DNA of 64,000 nt from Escherichia phage vB_EcoM_ESCO49, in sequence record OM386663.1; one strand, 5' to 3'. Made by a program: the position numbers and the translations under genes. Below the pieces are notes generated by a model. That model searched no databases. It was not told where the DNA came from and saw nothing but the letters and a program-made list of their open reading frames with translations. The first letter of the stretch is position 1. Each line of letters opens with the position of its first letter. Shown here piece after piece: positions 53,548-62,732 of this stretch.

Positions 53548-55329
53548 TTAAAGCTGCTTGTCAATAATATTTCGAATATCACCAAGAGTTGTGTAACCGA
53601 ACTGCTCAGAGTCGCTAAAGACTAAACGTAAAGCACAAGCTGGGTGGTCAAGTACGTCTGCAAAACTCTGGAATCCATAGCCATCTACAGCTTTCAGCTT
53701 ATCACCATCCCACATAGGTGCTACACCACCAAAGGCAGACTTCTTAACACCACTATCTGTTTTAGGGTCTTTTGCAAGCATAATCTCTTTACCACCAATG
53801 CTTGCAAGAGTTGCTTTGACAGCAAATGCAAAGGTGTCACGAGTCATGTACTGGTAAGTGTAAGAGCCTACACCAAATACTACGTTAGAGCTTGCAAAAC
53901 CCATTTCATACAGACGATTCAGGATTTCGTTTGCACGTTCCAGCGTGATAGAGTCACCATAGATAAGGCCGATGTGCTCATCCAGTACCTTAAACCCTTT
54001 AGAGTTAATAGTTCCCCCAAAGATGTTGTACAGTGTCTTAATAGCTCCATCAATTTCAGCTACAGGACGTGTTACAACATTTGCAGAACCAACCATATAA
54101 GCATTCTTCAACATCACCGTATCAGCAACTTCAAAGTCTTCTCTGTCAACAACCATTTCGTAGCCTTCTGACAGTAGCCATCCAGCAATACCATAGTCGA
54201 TGTTTTCAAGCTTCATGTTCAGAACAGCATTCAACATTGTGTCGCTGGCTTCCAGCTTGCTTAGGTGCTCGTAATAAGCCTTCTTAGCACATTCTAAGTG
54301 GATTGCTTTATAACCTGTGACAATATGTACAGGGTCTCCAGAGTCAGGACGAATTACCAGTTTGCCATCACGTTCCATAATTTCTTTACGAAGTGCTGGT
54401 AAAATTTCTGACACAGCTCTCCAGAAGTTATAAGTGTCTGAAACAATACTTGCAATACCAGTTGGGTAAGTTTCTGTTAAGAAACGACGGAAGGTTTGCA
54501 ACTCACCTTTAAATCGTCTTTCTTCTTCAACCAACTCGTTACCACCTTCCCAAGCAATGTTTGCACACATTACAGAGTGTTCAGTGGCTGGTACAGAGCT
54601 TCCAATATCAGAGATTGGATAGGTCTGCCCATAGATACGTTTAGCCGTGTATACAGCAGGGAAGCTATCAGTCCCTTTAAAGCTGGTTAAGTGGCCTACA
54701 GCATTGAATGCGTCATCAGTAAAGCCTGACATACCACGCATAGCAAAGTCATGGCACTGATAAGGTAAATGCAAGTCATTGTCGCAAGTAAGGTCAGCCC
54801 ACTTCTTACAGATACGTTTGTAGTGTAATGCAATAGTAGCAATGGTGCAAGCTTTCCAAATCTCAGCAGAGAAAGCATCCTCCAGATACCCTGCTACCCA
54901 ATGGAAACCTGAAACAGTGTTCTGGAAGACAATCATTGGGACACGCATCGGGACAACTGTGCCTTCTTCTACAGCGTATACTTCAACCGGTAGATAACCT
55001 AAGTCGTGAAGTGCTTCCCAATGCTCTCGACCGATAGCATCTTTACCCAGAACACCATTCATGACTTCTAAGATTTCGTCAACTGCTTCTTTTTTATCAC
55101 GTTCAAAGAAAGTGGCGTTCCAGTGGTCTATTAAGTAATCTTTAACAAAACGTTGAATACCAAAAGCCACTACACCATCAATTGCTAAGGGGCTGTTAAA
55201 CCATTTATCACTACGTGGTGTCAGGTTGAACATCAAGTATTCTGTTGCACTAGGGTACTGGTAAACATGACCAGATTTGTAAGCATCTGCGTTTAAACCT
55301 GCTGGTACTGCATAAAGTGATTTAGTCAT
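53548..55329 (-). CDS. nicotinamide phosphoribosyltransferase family protein (NadV/NAMPT-like; Namat not excluded)
   Basis: 593 aa; motifs ADAYKSGHVYQYP, HDFAMRG, SVPATEHSV, IRPDSGDP. Confidence 0.8.
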   Translation of the reverse strand: MTKSLYAVPAGLNADAYKSGHVYQYPSATEYLMFNLTPRSDKWFNSPLAIDGVVAFGIQRFVKDYLIDHWNATFFERDKKEAVDEILEVMNGVLGKDAIGREHWEALHDLGYLPVEVYAVEEGTVVPMRVPMIVFQNTVSGFHWVAGYLEDAFSAEIWKACTIATIALHYKRICKKWADLTCDNDLHLPYQCHDFAMRGMSGFTDDAFNAVGHLTSFKGTDSFPAVYTAKRIYGQTYPISDIGSSVPATEHSVMCANIAWEGGNELVEEERRFKGELQTFRRFLTETYPTGIASIVSDTYNFWRAVSEILPALRKEIMERDGKLVIRPDSGDPVHIVTGYKAIHLECAKKAYYEHLSKLEASDTMLNAVLNMKLENIDYGIAGWLLSEGYEMVVDREDFEVADTVMLKNAYMVGSANVVTRPVAEIDGAIKTLYNIFGGTINSKGFKVLDEHIGLIYGDSITLERANEILNRLYEMGFASSNVVFGVGSYTYQYMTRDTFAFAVKATLASIGGKEIMLAKDPKTDSGVKKSAFGGVAPMWDGDKLKAVDGYGFQSFADVLDHPACALRLVFSDSEQFGYTTLGDIRNIIDKQL

Positions 55330-55374
55330 CTTTTAATCTCTCTCAAAATGGGGTTTTTAAGCCCCTATAAAGTT

Positions 55375-56280
55375 TTAATCAAGGTTTGCTACAGTAACTT
55401 GACCATAATGTGTTAAGCCACGGTCTTTAGCTTCCCCTAAAGAGTTTGTAGTGTAGATATGGTCAATGCCATTGTCAAGAAGGTTTTCAACATCTTTAGA
55501 GAAGATACCATGTGTTACATAAAGTTCCACACGTTTTGCACCTGCTTCACGAAGATGTTTCGCTGCTTCTATGAAGGTTCGACCACCATCACAAATATCA
55601 TCAAGAATCATGACAGTTTTATCTGTCAAATCAACATCATCAAGGATTCGCATACCAGTTATTTCACCAGTCTTAAGGTTGCGTACTTTAGACATTGTGA
55701 TATATGGTTTATCCACCTCTTTAGCAGTCTCTGCAATCTTCTTAGAAGCACCTGCATCTGGGGCTACTAAGTAATCAATCAGAGGGTCATTTGCATAGTG
55801 GACTGCAATCTCCTTTTGAGGAATACTTTGGAAGCAGTTGAAAAGGTTATCTGGAACGTAACTATGAGGGTCAACTGCACAGACTGCATCAAAACCCATT
55901 GCATTAACCTGTTGTGCAAACACTTTCAAAGCTGCTGCATCACCTTTAAACATGTGACGGTCGTAACGTGCATTTGGCAAATAGTAAAAGATAGCAGTCT
56001 TCATAGCAAACTTATGAGGTACTAAATCATCAATTGCTTCTTTAGCAAGTGCCACAGCAAACAATGTGTCCTTGTCATAGCCTTTTACAATAATAACCAC
56101 ATTGTTGATGGATGATGCTGCATAAGCAGTAAAATCAACAAGCTCTTGTGAAAAGTGTCCACCAATCTCACCAGAAGGGAACTGGATGATGTTAAACTCT
56201 TCTTCATGAGACCCTTTTGTCGGTGAATGAATTATAACACGAATCGATGTCTTCATAGTTTTCCCTCTCTTTATTCCCAA
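55375..56280 (-). CDS. ribose-phosphate pyrophosphokinase family protein (Prs-like; ADPR-PP synthetase not excluded)
   Basis: 301 aa; FPSGEIG, VAPDAGASKK, MILDDICDGGRT motifs; true start may be the internal Met (MKTSIRV). Confidence 0.65.
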   Translation of the reverse strand: MGIKRGKTMKTSIRVIIHSPTKGSHEEEFNIIQFPSGEIGGHFSQELVDFTAYAASSINNVVIIVKGYDKDTLFAVALAKEAIDDLVPHKFAMKTAIFYYLPNARYDRHMFKGDAAALKVFAQQVNAMGFDAVCAVDPHSYVPDNLFNCFQSIPQKEIAVHYANDPLIDYLVAPDAGASKKIAETAKEVDKPYITMSKVRNLKTGEITGMRILDDVDLTDKTVMILDDICDGGRTFIEAAKHLREAGAKRVELYVTHGIFSKDVENLLDNGIDHIYTTNSLGEAKDRGLTHYGQVTVANLD

Positions 56281-56678
56281 ATAACCTTTCTACGCTTTAT
56301 CTGGATAATGTTCTTTTTACAATATTCGATAGCTTCATCTATTGACCCAAAACTTTCCTTCTCCACAAAGAAGCGAACTTCACCATCTTGTATCTTTTGT
56401 TCTTCGGCTGTTGGCTCTTCAAGTATTTTACTTGATACTTCTCTGTTAATCTGCATTACATACTCGAAAGAGTTCTTCTTGTACCCAACTATTTTAATGT
56501 AACCCCTCTGGCGAAGACGATTGAACCGAGTTGACTTGTTTGTCTTGGATACATCTGGAAATTCCTTGTCATGGATACTACGTATCTGTGAGCAAGTAAA
56601 TGTTTTATCATAACCAAACTCATTATACAGGACTTTTAACAGTTCAATCATAACATCACTCCCAAATAACTTTTGCAT
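56271..56678 (-). CDS. hypothetical protein, paralog family member A1
   Basis: start placed at MQKLFGSD by alignment with A2; C-terminal ...EAIEYCKKNIIQIKRRKVIWE. Confidence 0.5.
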   Translation of the reverse strand: MQKLFGSDVMIELLKVLYNEFGYDKTFTCSQIRSIHDKEFPDVSKTNKSTRFNRLRQRGYIKIVGYKKNSFEYVMQINREVSSKILEEPTAEEQKIQDGEVRFFVEKESFGSIDEAIEYCKKNIIQIKRRKVIWE

Positions 56679-57120
56679 GTTTAACTTTAATAAGATGCTC
56701 TTTGCAGTGCTCAATAGCTTCATCTAGTGTTTTAAACATAACATCCGCGATAAAGTATCTTACGTCAGGTTGTACATCAACATCTTTAACCTCAGATAAG
56801 TTTGATTTTTGTGAACTCCCCAACTCTTCACGCGTGTTATTTAGCATCCTTGACAGTTGTATGTGCTTCTCCATAAAGGCTCGATTTAATTGATTAATAC
56901 TTAGTCTACCTTTGCTTTTTACCTGCCCTACAGTCAGCAGTACACCAGACTGTCTTAACATTGTTAGATACCCACGGGTATTACTGATTGACTGGCCTCG
57001 TATAAAAAGGCTATTCTCTCTTAATGCGTCAATTGCTTCGTTAGAGTCAAAAGTGTTTTCTGTCCCGAAGGTTTTGTATAAAATCTCTATTACGTGCTTC
57101 TGTAAATTGCAAAAAATCAT
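56656..57120 (-). CDS. hypothetical protein, paralog family member B1
   Basis: 154 aa; MIFCNLQKHVIEILYKTFGTENTF...HCKEHLIKVKHAKVIWE. Confidence 0.5.
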   Translation of the reverse strand: MIFCNLQKHVIEILYKTFGTENTFDSNEAIDALRENSLFIRGQSISNTRGYLTMLRQSGVLLTVGQVKSKGRLSINQLNRAFMEKHIQLSRMLNNTREELGSSQKSNLSEVKDVDVQPDVRYFIADVMFKTLDEAIEHCKEHLIKVKHAKVIWE

Positions 57121-57141
57121 AGTGTATTCCTAATCAAATGT

Positions 57142-57564
57142 TTAAACTTCTTCCCAAACAATACGCTTTCTTTTTGTTTGGATAACCGTTCTCTTACAAT
57201 GCTCAACTGCTGCCTCCATACTGGTAAAGTGTATGTCACCTATGAAGTATCCTACTTCACCTACACTAACCTCTTCATCCTTTTGTTGATGGCCATTACA
57301 ATTTAGAAGCACATTTTTAGCTTTGCTTTCATTGATTCTCATAAGATACTCATTATTAAATCCTGTCGCTCCAACAACACTAATGTACCCACTTTTACGT
57401 AATCTGTGAGACCAATTAGCTTTATCCCTGATTGAAGCATGTGGTAGATATTTATTAAAAACCTTAGTTAGTTGTGAGCCAGAAAATGTTTTATCATAGC
57501 CAAAATTTATATACAGAACCTTCAGAAGCTCAAACATGTTATTACTCCCAAATAATTTTTGCAC
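57142..57564 (-). CDS. hypothetical protein, paralog family member A2
   Basis: 140 aa; MQKLFGSNNMFELLKVLYINFGYDKTF...HCKRTVIQTKRKRIVWE. Confidence 0.5.
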   Translation of the reverse strand: MQKLFGSNNMFELLKVLYINFGYDKTFSGSQLTKVFNKYLPHASIRDKANWSHRLRKSGYISVVGATGFNNEYLMRINESKAKNVLLNCNGHQQKDEEVSVGEVGYFIGDIHFTSMEAAVEHCKRTVIQTKRKRIVWEEV

Positions 57565-57994
57565 GTTTTACTTTGATAATATACTTTTTGCAGTGTTCAA
57601 CAGCATCTTGGAGTGTATCAAACATCAACTCACCAATAAAGAATTTTATGTCTGGAGACACACCTACACCACTTAAGTCTTTTTGCTGCTCTTCACGTTG
57701 GTTTCGTGGCTCTTTAAGTAAATAGTCTAGCTGAATGTGCTTCTCAATAAAACCTCTATTTAATTGGTTGATGAGCATCCTCCCTTGTTGCTTAATCTGT
57801 CCTACCACGATGAGCACACCCCACTTTCTCATCTGAGTCAAGTAGTACCTGATGTTTGCTATTGGCTGTTTTTTGATGTAATCACTTCCTTCTTGTAGGG
57901 CTTCAATAGCTTCATTTGAGTCAAATGTGTTATCTGTCCCAAACTTATTGTATAGAATCTCAATAATTCTTTTTTGGAAGCTGCAAAAAATCAT
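57542..57994 (-). CDS. hypothetical protein, paralog family member B2
   Basis: 150 aa; near-collinear with B1. Confidence 0.5.
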   Translation of the reverse strand: MIFCSFQKRIIEILYNKFGTDNTFDSNEAIEALQEGSDYIKKQPIANIRYYLTQMRKWGVLIVVGQIKQQGRMLINQLNRGFIEKHIQLDYLLKEPRNQREEQQKDLSGVGVSPDIKFFIGELMFDTLQDAVEHCKKYIIKVKRAKIIWE

Positions 57995-58003
57995 AATTTT
58001 CTC

Positions 58004-58282
58004 TCAATCAAAAGTTACGTTTGTTACTGCCATTGCAGATTTGCATTTTACAGGGTCTACAACGTGATAAAGTACACTACAGTTACCTGTGCTGTCTGGT
58101 ACAGGCTTTACCCATTGCTGCTTTATAGTTGGTTCTCCTAAGTCTTTGTAAGAGCCGTCTGTAAAATTGTTTACCATCTCAAGTGCAATTGGTTCTGGGA
58201 CATGACCACGTATCATGTACATTTCACAACCATTACCACCATCGCTGACTAGTGGTAAAATCTCCCACTTTTCTTTAGCCAT
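58004..58282 (-). CDS. hypothetical protein
   Basis: 92 aa. Confidence 0.4.
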   Translation of the reverse strand: MAKEKWEILPLVSDGGNGCEMYMIRGHVPEPIALEMVNNFTDGSYKDLGEPTIKQQWVKPVPDSTGNCSVLYHVVDPVKCKSAMAVTNVTFD

Positions 58283-58790
58283 TGTAAGTCGCCCTATAAA
58301 CTGTCTCGAACTTCAACAGGAGAGATATTGCCAAATCTGTATAGTTGTTGTCAAGCACATCTGGCATATTATTTTTGATATATTTCTCTTGCTCTTCATA
58401 GGTCATCTTAGGAGTGCTTAGAAGGTTATCTCCTTGCTTCTGGTTATCAAGTTTAGTCTGGATAAACCAGTTTGCACAGTGATGCTCACCACCCTTTGTA
58501 ACAGGTTTGTGGTGGCCTAATGTGAAGGATTGACTACCTGTGTATCTGCAAAGTTTATTGAGTACTGTAATGGTGTTCTTCACAACAAAACATTCATACA
58601 GGTTGTCTATGGTGTAGTGTGGGTAGTAGCGGAATAGTGCTCTTTCACGAGTGCTATCACGATTCCAGAGAATCATGTGATTAGAGTTTGAAGGGTCATA
58701 TTGGTGGGAGTCAATGAACTCTTGGCGTTCCTCAAAGCTGAGTCTTAACACTGACATTGCAGCAGAACGTTTCAGGTTTGACAGGTACAT
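58275..58790 (-). CDS. putative HNH endonuclease
   Basis: 171 aa; LGHHKPVTKGGEHHCANW...DNQKQGDN His/Asn motif region. Confidence 0.45.
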   Translation of the reverse strand: MYLSNLKRSAAMSVLRLSFEERQEFIDSHQYDPSNSNHMILWNRDSTRERALFRYYPHYTIDNLYECFVVKNTITVLNKLCRYTGSQSFTLGHHKPVTKGGEHHCANWFIQTKLDNQKQGDNLLSTPKMTYEEQEKYIKNNMPDVLDNNYTDLAISLLLKFETVYRATYNG

Positions 58791-58797
58791 ATTATCT

Positions 58798-58830
58798 CCA
58801 AAATAAAAAGGGAACCTTTACAGTTCCCTT
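58798..58830 (-). terminator. rho-independent terminator
   Basis: AAGGGAAC-n7-GTTCCCTT plus UUUUAUUUU on minus RNA. Confidence 0.6.
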
Positions 58831-58841
58831 ATAGTATTTGT

Positions 58842-59162
58842 TTACTGAGCTACTTTCAAGATGCTTGTGAACGAGATTTCACTCTCATCCATAAACTCTT
58901 TTGCTTCTCCAGTAACTTTTACAAAGTTATCTAGGCAGAGAATCTTCTTATCTTTCTTGCTGTAGGTTAGCTTAACCTTTTCAATATCTTTCTTAGAGCT
59001 TTCCTCTTCATTAAAGAGCTTTACAGCTTCTTTGAATGGGAGGTATGAGCCATCATCATCGCTAATAAAACCTGTACCACAATAGTAGAAGTTATATTCT
59101 TTAGCCATAAACTGGCACAGTACGAAAATCTGTAATTTGCGAGTGTTATAAACTTTACCCAT
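58842..59162 (-). CDS. hypothetical protein
   Basis: 106 aa. Confidence 0.4.
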   Translation of the reverse strand: MGKVYNTRKLQIFVLCQFMAKEYNFYYCGTGFISDDDGSYLPFKEAVKLFNEEESSKKDIEKVKLTYSKKDKKILCLDNFVKVTGEAKEFMDESEISFTSILKVAQ

Positions 59163-59164
59163 GA

Positions 59165-59506
59165 TTATTTAGCCTTCTTATTACGTTTATGGTTACGAGC
59201 TTTCTTAGCTGCTCGTTTAATAGCTGCTGCACCAGACGGACGGTGGGCTTGTTTCTTACCACCTTTATCACGGCCTACATAGATACTTTTCATAACCTCA
59301 TTAGCCAGCTTCTCCTCCATCTTAAAGTTCTGCATAAGATGAGTCACATCAACACCAGTGAGCATACCTAATGAAGCTAGTGCTGCTTTTACTTTTGATT
59401 TAAAACTATTCCAGAGTCCCATTTCATATCTCTCTCTCAATCTTTTCACAAATGTTTTAAGTTCTCCTTCAGTGACACCAATGGTTAAGTTTGTTCTGTA
59501 GAACAT
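59165..59506 (-). CDS. hypothetical protein with Lys/Arg-rich C-terminal tail
   Basis: 113 aa. Confidence 0.4.
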   Translation of the reverse strand: MFYRTNLTIGVTEGELKTFVKRLRERYEMGLWNSFKSKVKAALASLGMLTGVDVTHLMQNFKMEEKLANEVMKSIYVGRDKGGKKQAHRPSGAAAIKRAAKKARNHKRNKKAK

Positions 59507-59547
59507 TGTAAAGTGGTCTTTACCGATAACCTACTTTACAACGAGAT

Positions 59548-60033
59548 TTACTCTGCTCTCCACTGGCAATCACCTTGCCATCCATACTCTTTTCTCCAGA
59601 GGTTTTGGTTATCAGAACCACGATATGGTTTAGCTGTTGGTTTAGATAAATCATACTTGCCATCAATCACCACGTCAATGTATTTCATCACATCAAGGTG
59701 AATTTTTTCGTGTAGTTGAAAACCTGTCCAAAGCCATATAGACTTCTCTGGATAAACAGTTTTAATACGTTTACATATATTGGTAACCTCTTGAATATTT
59801 CTATCATCCAGAGGTTCTCCACCAAGTATTGACAAACCACTGACAGCATTATCACCCATTAGTTGGATGATTCCGTAGAGGTTTGCATAAGTAAACTCTT
59901 TACCAGCATTAAACTTCCAAGACTCCCTGTTAAAGCAGCCTTCGCAGTGATGCTTACAACCAGCTACGAAGAGGCTTACACGAACCCCTTCACCATTAGC
60001 TGTGTCAAATGGTCTAATCTCCATGTAATTCAT
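59548..60033 (-). CDS. nrdG: anaerobic ribonucleotide reductase activating protein (radical SAM)
   Basis: 161 aa; CKHHCEGC (CxxxCxxC) cluster motif; adjacent to nrdD. Confidence 0.8.
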   Translation of the reverse strand: MNYMEIRPFDTANGEGVRVSLFVAGCKHHCEGCFNRESWKFNAGKEFTYANLYGIIQLMGDNAVSGLSILGGEPLDDRNIQEVTNICKRIKTVYPEKSIWLWTGFQLHEKIHLDVMKYIDVVIDGKYDLSKPTAKPYRGSDNQNLWRKEYGWQGDCQWRAE

Positions 60034-60097
60034 CTAGTCACCTCACCAATAAAAAGGTGGTGTAAGCCTATCAAGGCCCACACCACCTTGTCAAGTT

Positions 60098-62242
60098 TTA
60101 CATAGAAACCCTATCCTTAATTTCTGCCATCTTAGCGTCATTCATTCGAGACTGACCTTTAATTTTTGTGAATGACAAGTACCCGCACACCCTGTTAATC
60201 ACAGAGATATCGTGTGAATGACAAACCTCACATTCTTCAACATCAGCCTTTGGTCTGTTACCACAATGTTCACAGATTGCTAAGTCAAAGTTAAGTCCCT
60301 GATAGAAACCTTTCAACATCCCTCTGGTAATACAACTTTTAAGTGCTGATAAGTTTTCTGGATTAGCCACCCTTACATACTGGATTCTGCCGCCTCTACA
60401 GATATGGAAGAATGGCTCTTCTAAGTCCTGCTTCTCAAATGGTGTAATGTCTGCTGCAACATTCATATGGAAACTATTTGTAAAGTATTCCTTATCAGAA
60501 ACACCTTTGATAACGCCAAACATATCTCTGAACTGTTTTAGCTGAGTTCCACAAAGTGATTCTGCTGGAGTGCCATATACCGCATACAAGAAGCCATCTT
60601 CGTTCTTAAACTCTTCAGTTTTCATGTTAATGTATGCCAGAACATCATATGCAAAACTACAGCTTCCAACTTCATGGAGTCGTTTACCCTCAGCAAGAAC
60701 AGATAGCTCATCAAGCGCAGTAACCCCAAAAGAGGCTGTGAAAGATTTCACGATATCCCAACCAACCTTATCAGTAGGCTTCTTAGTCCCTTTGTACAGA
60801 CCACCTTGCGTAAATGCAAGAGGGTTAGAACTTGCTGGCATATTAGCAATCATTTCGTAACGTTTCTTGTGGAAGCTGCGAATCATCTCTAGGTACTTAT
60901 CAAGCTCTTTCCAGAAATCTAAACCATTCTCTTTAGAATACTGGTAAATCATTGGTAAGTTCAAAGATACAGCACCAATGTTAGCACGACCAACGTAGAA
61001 CTCTTCCCCATTCTCGTTAAAATATGGAGATAAGAAGGCTCTGCAACCCATCGGGGAAATTACCTTACCAGAACGCTCAAAAGCCTCTGCTACAGCACCA
61101 TGACCAGATACACTTAAGAAATCTGGATACATTGCTTTAGAGCAACACTCAATGGCTTTACTGTACAGGTGTCCTTGACAGATATTCTCATCGTGTCTCT
61201 TCTGGTCATAAATATAAACCAGTTTAGGGAATACAACAGGCTTCTTGCTCTTACCTTGTCCATTCATACGAACATCTAGGAGGGTACTTGCAATCATGTA
61301 TTGTAGTCGGTTATCTTCATTGGCCATATCTGAGTCAAGTAACCCGAATGTCAAAGTTGTGAATGCAAAATCCCCACGGCTACAAGGCACAGTGTTTAGT
61401 TTCATTTCAAGTGACTGGAAACCTTGAGTCAGTTCAATCTGTAGCTGCTCCATGACATAATTGTGGTAATGTTCTTTAGGAATACCATAAGATGCTGCTT
61501 TCTCAGCATGATAGCGTAGAGACTTCTTAGCATATGGCACAAGTACCTTATCAATCTCTGCTAAAGTAAAACCACCAAATTGCTGTGCAGTTGCTGAAAG
61601 AACTACATCACCAATAACCTGTAATGCCGACAGTACAGACTTCGGTTCACAATATTCGATGCCAGACATTTCAAAGCCACCTTTCAGGACTTTACCAATG
61701 TCAAACAGACAACAGTTGATACCACCGAAAATTAGGTCTCTTAAATCATGGATATAGATAAACCCTTTTTCAATGGCTTCAAGTTCCTCTGGTGTTAAAT
61801 GGTACTGTTTAAAGATTTCTTTAGTCAGATAACCACGAATAATTGAGCCTTTTGTAGAAATTAAACTGCTGTCAAAGTTAGCATTCTCTCTGTCACCTAA
61901 GAAGAGTGTATCTTTGGTCTTCTGGTAAAGTTCATCCCAATTTTGAGCAACTTCTTTACGGTAATTTCTATATGTTGAGTAAGACTCATAAATCTCGTGA
62001 TTGACTTCTGCCAAAGCACCCTCAACAATACTGTGAATATCATTTACTGAAATGAGTAAATTATTCTGCTTAGTGGATTTTACCAGAACCCTCATAAATG
62101 CTGACTCAAGAGCTTGGGTAACATCTGGCGGGAGTTCTTTATACCCAACCCTATTAGCTGACTTTGTGACTGCTGTTAAAACTTTTTTGATATCAGGTTC
62201 TTCGAGTGAGCCATTCTTTTTAATAATCTGTACTTTGTTCAT
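60098..62242 (-). CDS. nrdD: anaerobic ribonucleoside-triphosphate reductase
   Basis: 714 aa; C-terminal Zn-ribbon CEHCGN...CEVC and glycyl-radical motif RVCGYL. Confidence 0.85.
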   Translation of the reverse strand: MNKVQIIKKNGSLEEPDIKKVLTAVTKSANRVGYKELPPDVTQALESAFMRVLVKSTKQNNLLISVNDIHSIVEGALAEVNHEIYESYSTYRNYRKEVAQNWDELYQKTKDTLFLGDRENANFDSSLISTKGSIIRGYLTKEIFKQYHLTPEELEAIEKGFIYIHDLRDLIFGGINCCLFDIGKVLKGGFEMSGIEYCEPKSVLSALQVIGDVVLSATAQQFGGFTLAEIDKVLVPYAKKSLRYHAEKAASYGIPKEHYHNYVMEQLQIELTQGFQSLEMKLNTVPCSRGDFAFTTLTFGLLDSDMANEDNRLQYMIASTLLDVRMNGQGKSKKPVVFPKLVYIYDQKRHDENICQGHLYSKAIECCSKAMYPDFLSVSGHGAVAEAFERSGKVISPMGCRAFLSPYFNENGEEFYVGRANIGAVSLNLPMIYQYSKENGLDFWKELDKYLEMIRSFHKKRYEMIANMPASSNPLAFTQGGLYKGTKKPTDKVGWDIVKSFTASFGVTALDELSVLAEGKRLHEVGSCSFAYDVLAYINMKTEEFKNEDGFLYAVYGTPAESLCGTQLKQFRDMFGVIKGVSDKEYFTNSFHMNVAADITPFEKQDLEEPFFHICRGGRIQYVRVANPENLSALKSCITRGMLKGFYQGLNFDLAICEHCGNRPKADVEECEVCHSHDISVINRVCGYLSFTKIKGQSRMNDAKMAEIKDRVSM

Positions 62243-62259
62243 TATTGCCCCTTTACATT

Positions 62260-62283
62260 CTAAAAAGGTCTCCGAAGAGACCC
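62260..62283 (-). terminator. terminator hairpin GGTCTC-n4-GAGACC with flanking A/T runs
   Basis: between small membrane gene and nrdD; possibly bidirectional. Confidence 0.5.
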
Positions 62284-62290
62284 TTTCATT

Positions 62291-62497
62291 TTAAATCTTT
62301 TTAGAAAACTTCGCAAAGAGTTCTCTTAGTTTTTCAGTGATACCTAACTGTATCTCTAATATTTCAAAGATAACCCATAGTAACATGGCTCCAAACAACG
62401 AACCTTGTTCAAAGTCAGTAAATAGGTTAACAATAAACATACCAATCACAATAGCTGGTGCATCAACAACCAAACCTTCCCAAATGCGTTTAAGCAT
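62291..62497 (-). CDS. hypothetical small membrane protein
   Basis: 68 aa; two hydrophobic segments. Confidence 0.4.
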   Translation of the reverse strand: MLKRIWEGLVVDAPAIVIGMFIVNLFTDFEQGSLFGAMLLWVIFEILEIQLGITEKLRELFAKFSKKI

Positions 62498-62732
62498 TAT
62501 TCACCTCTGCCATAAAATTCTGTAGCGTCCCAACAGGTTTTAGGTTTTGTCCATCAGTTTTCATGATGAATGGCATCTGACGAACTGGCATCTGTGCAAT
62601 ATCCATTAGTTCTGATAGCTCATAATCCTGCCCTAACATTCTCACAACATGGTCAATACCACGAGCTTTTGCAAAATTCTTTGCAGTCTCACACTGAGGG
62701 CATCCAGTTTTGGAGTAAATTACATAAGTCAT
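62490..62732 (-). CDS. glutaredoxin / NrdH-like redoxin
   Basis: 80 aa; CPQC active-site motif; between nrdB and nrdD. Confidence 0.7.
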   Translation of the reverse strand: MTYVIYSKTGCPQCETAKNFAKARGIDHVVRMLGQDYELSELMDIAQMPVRQMPFIMKTDGQNLKPVGTLQNFMAEVNNA

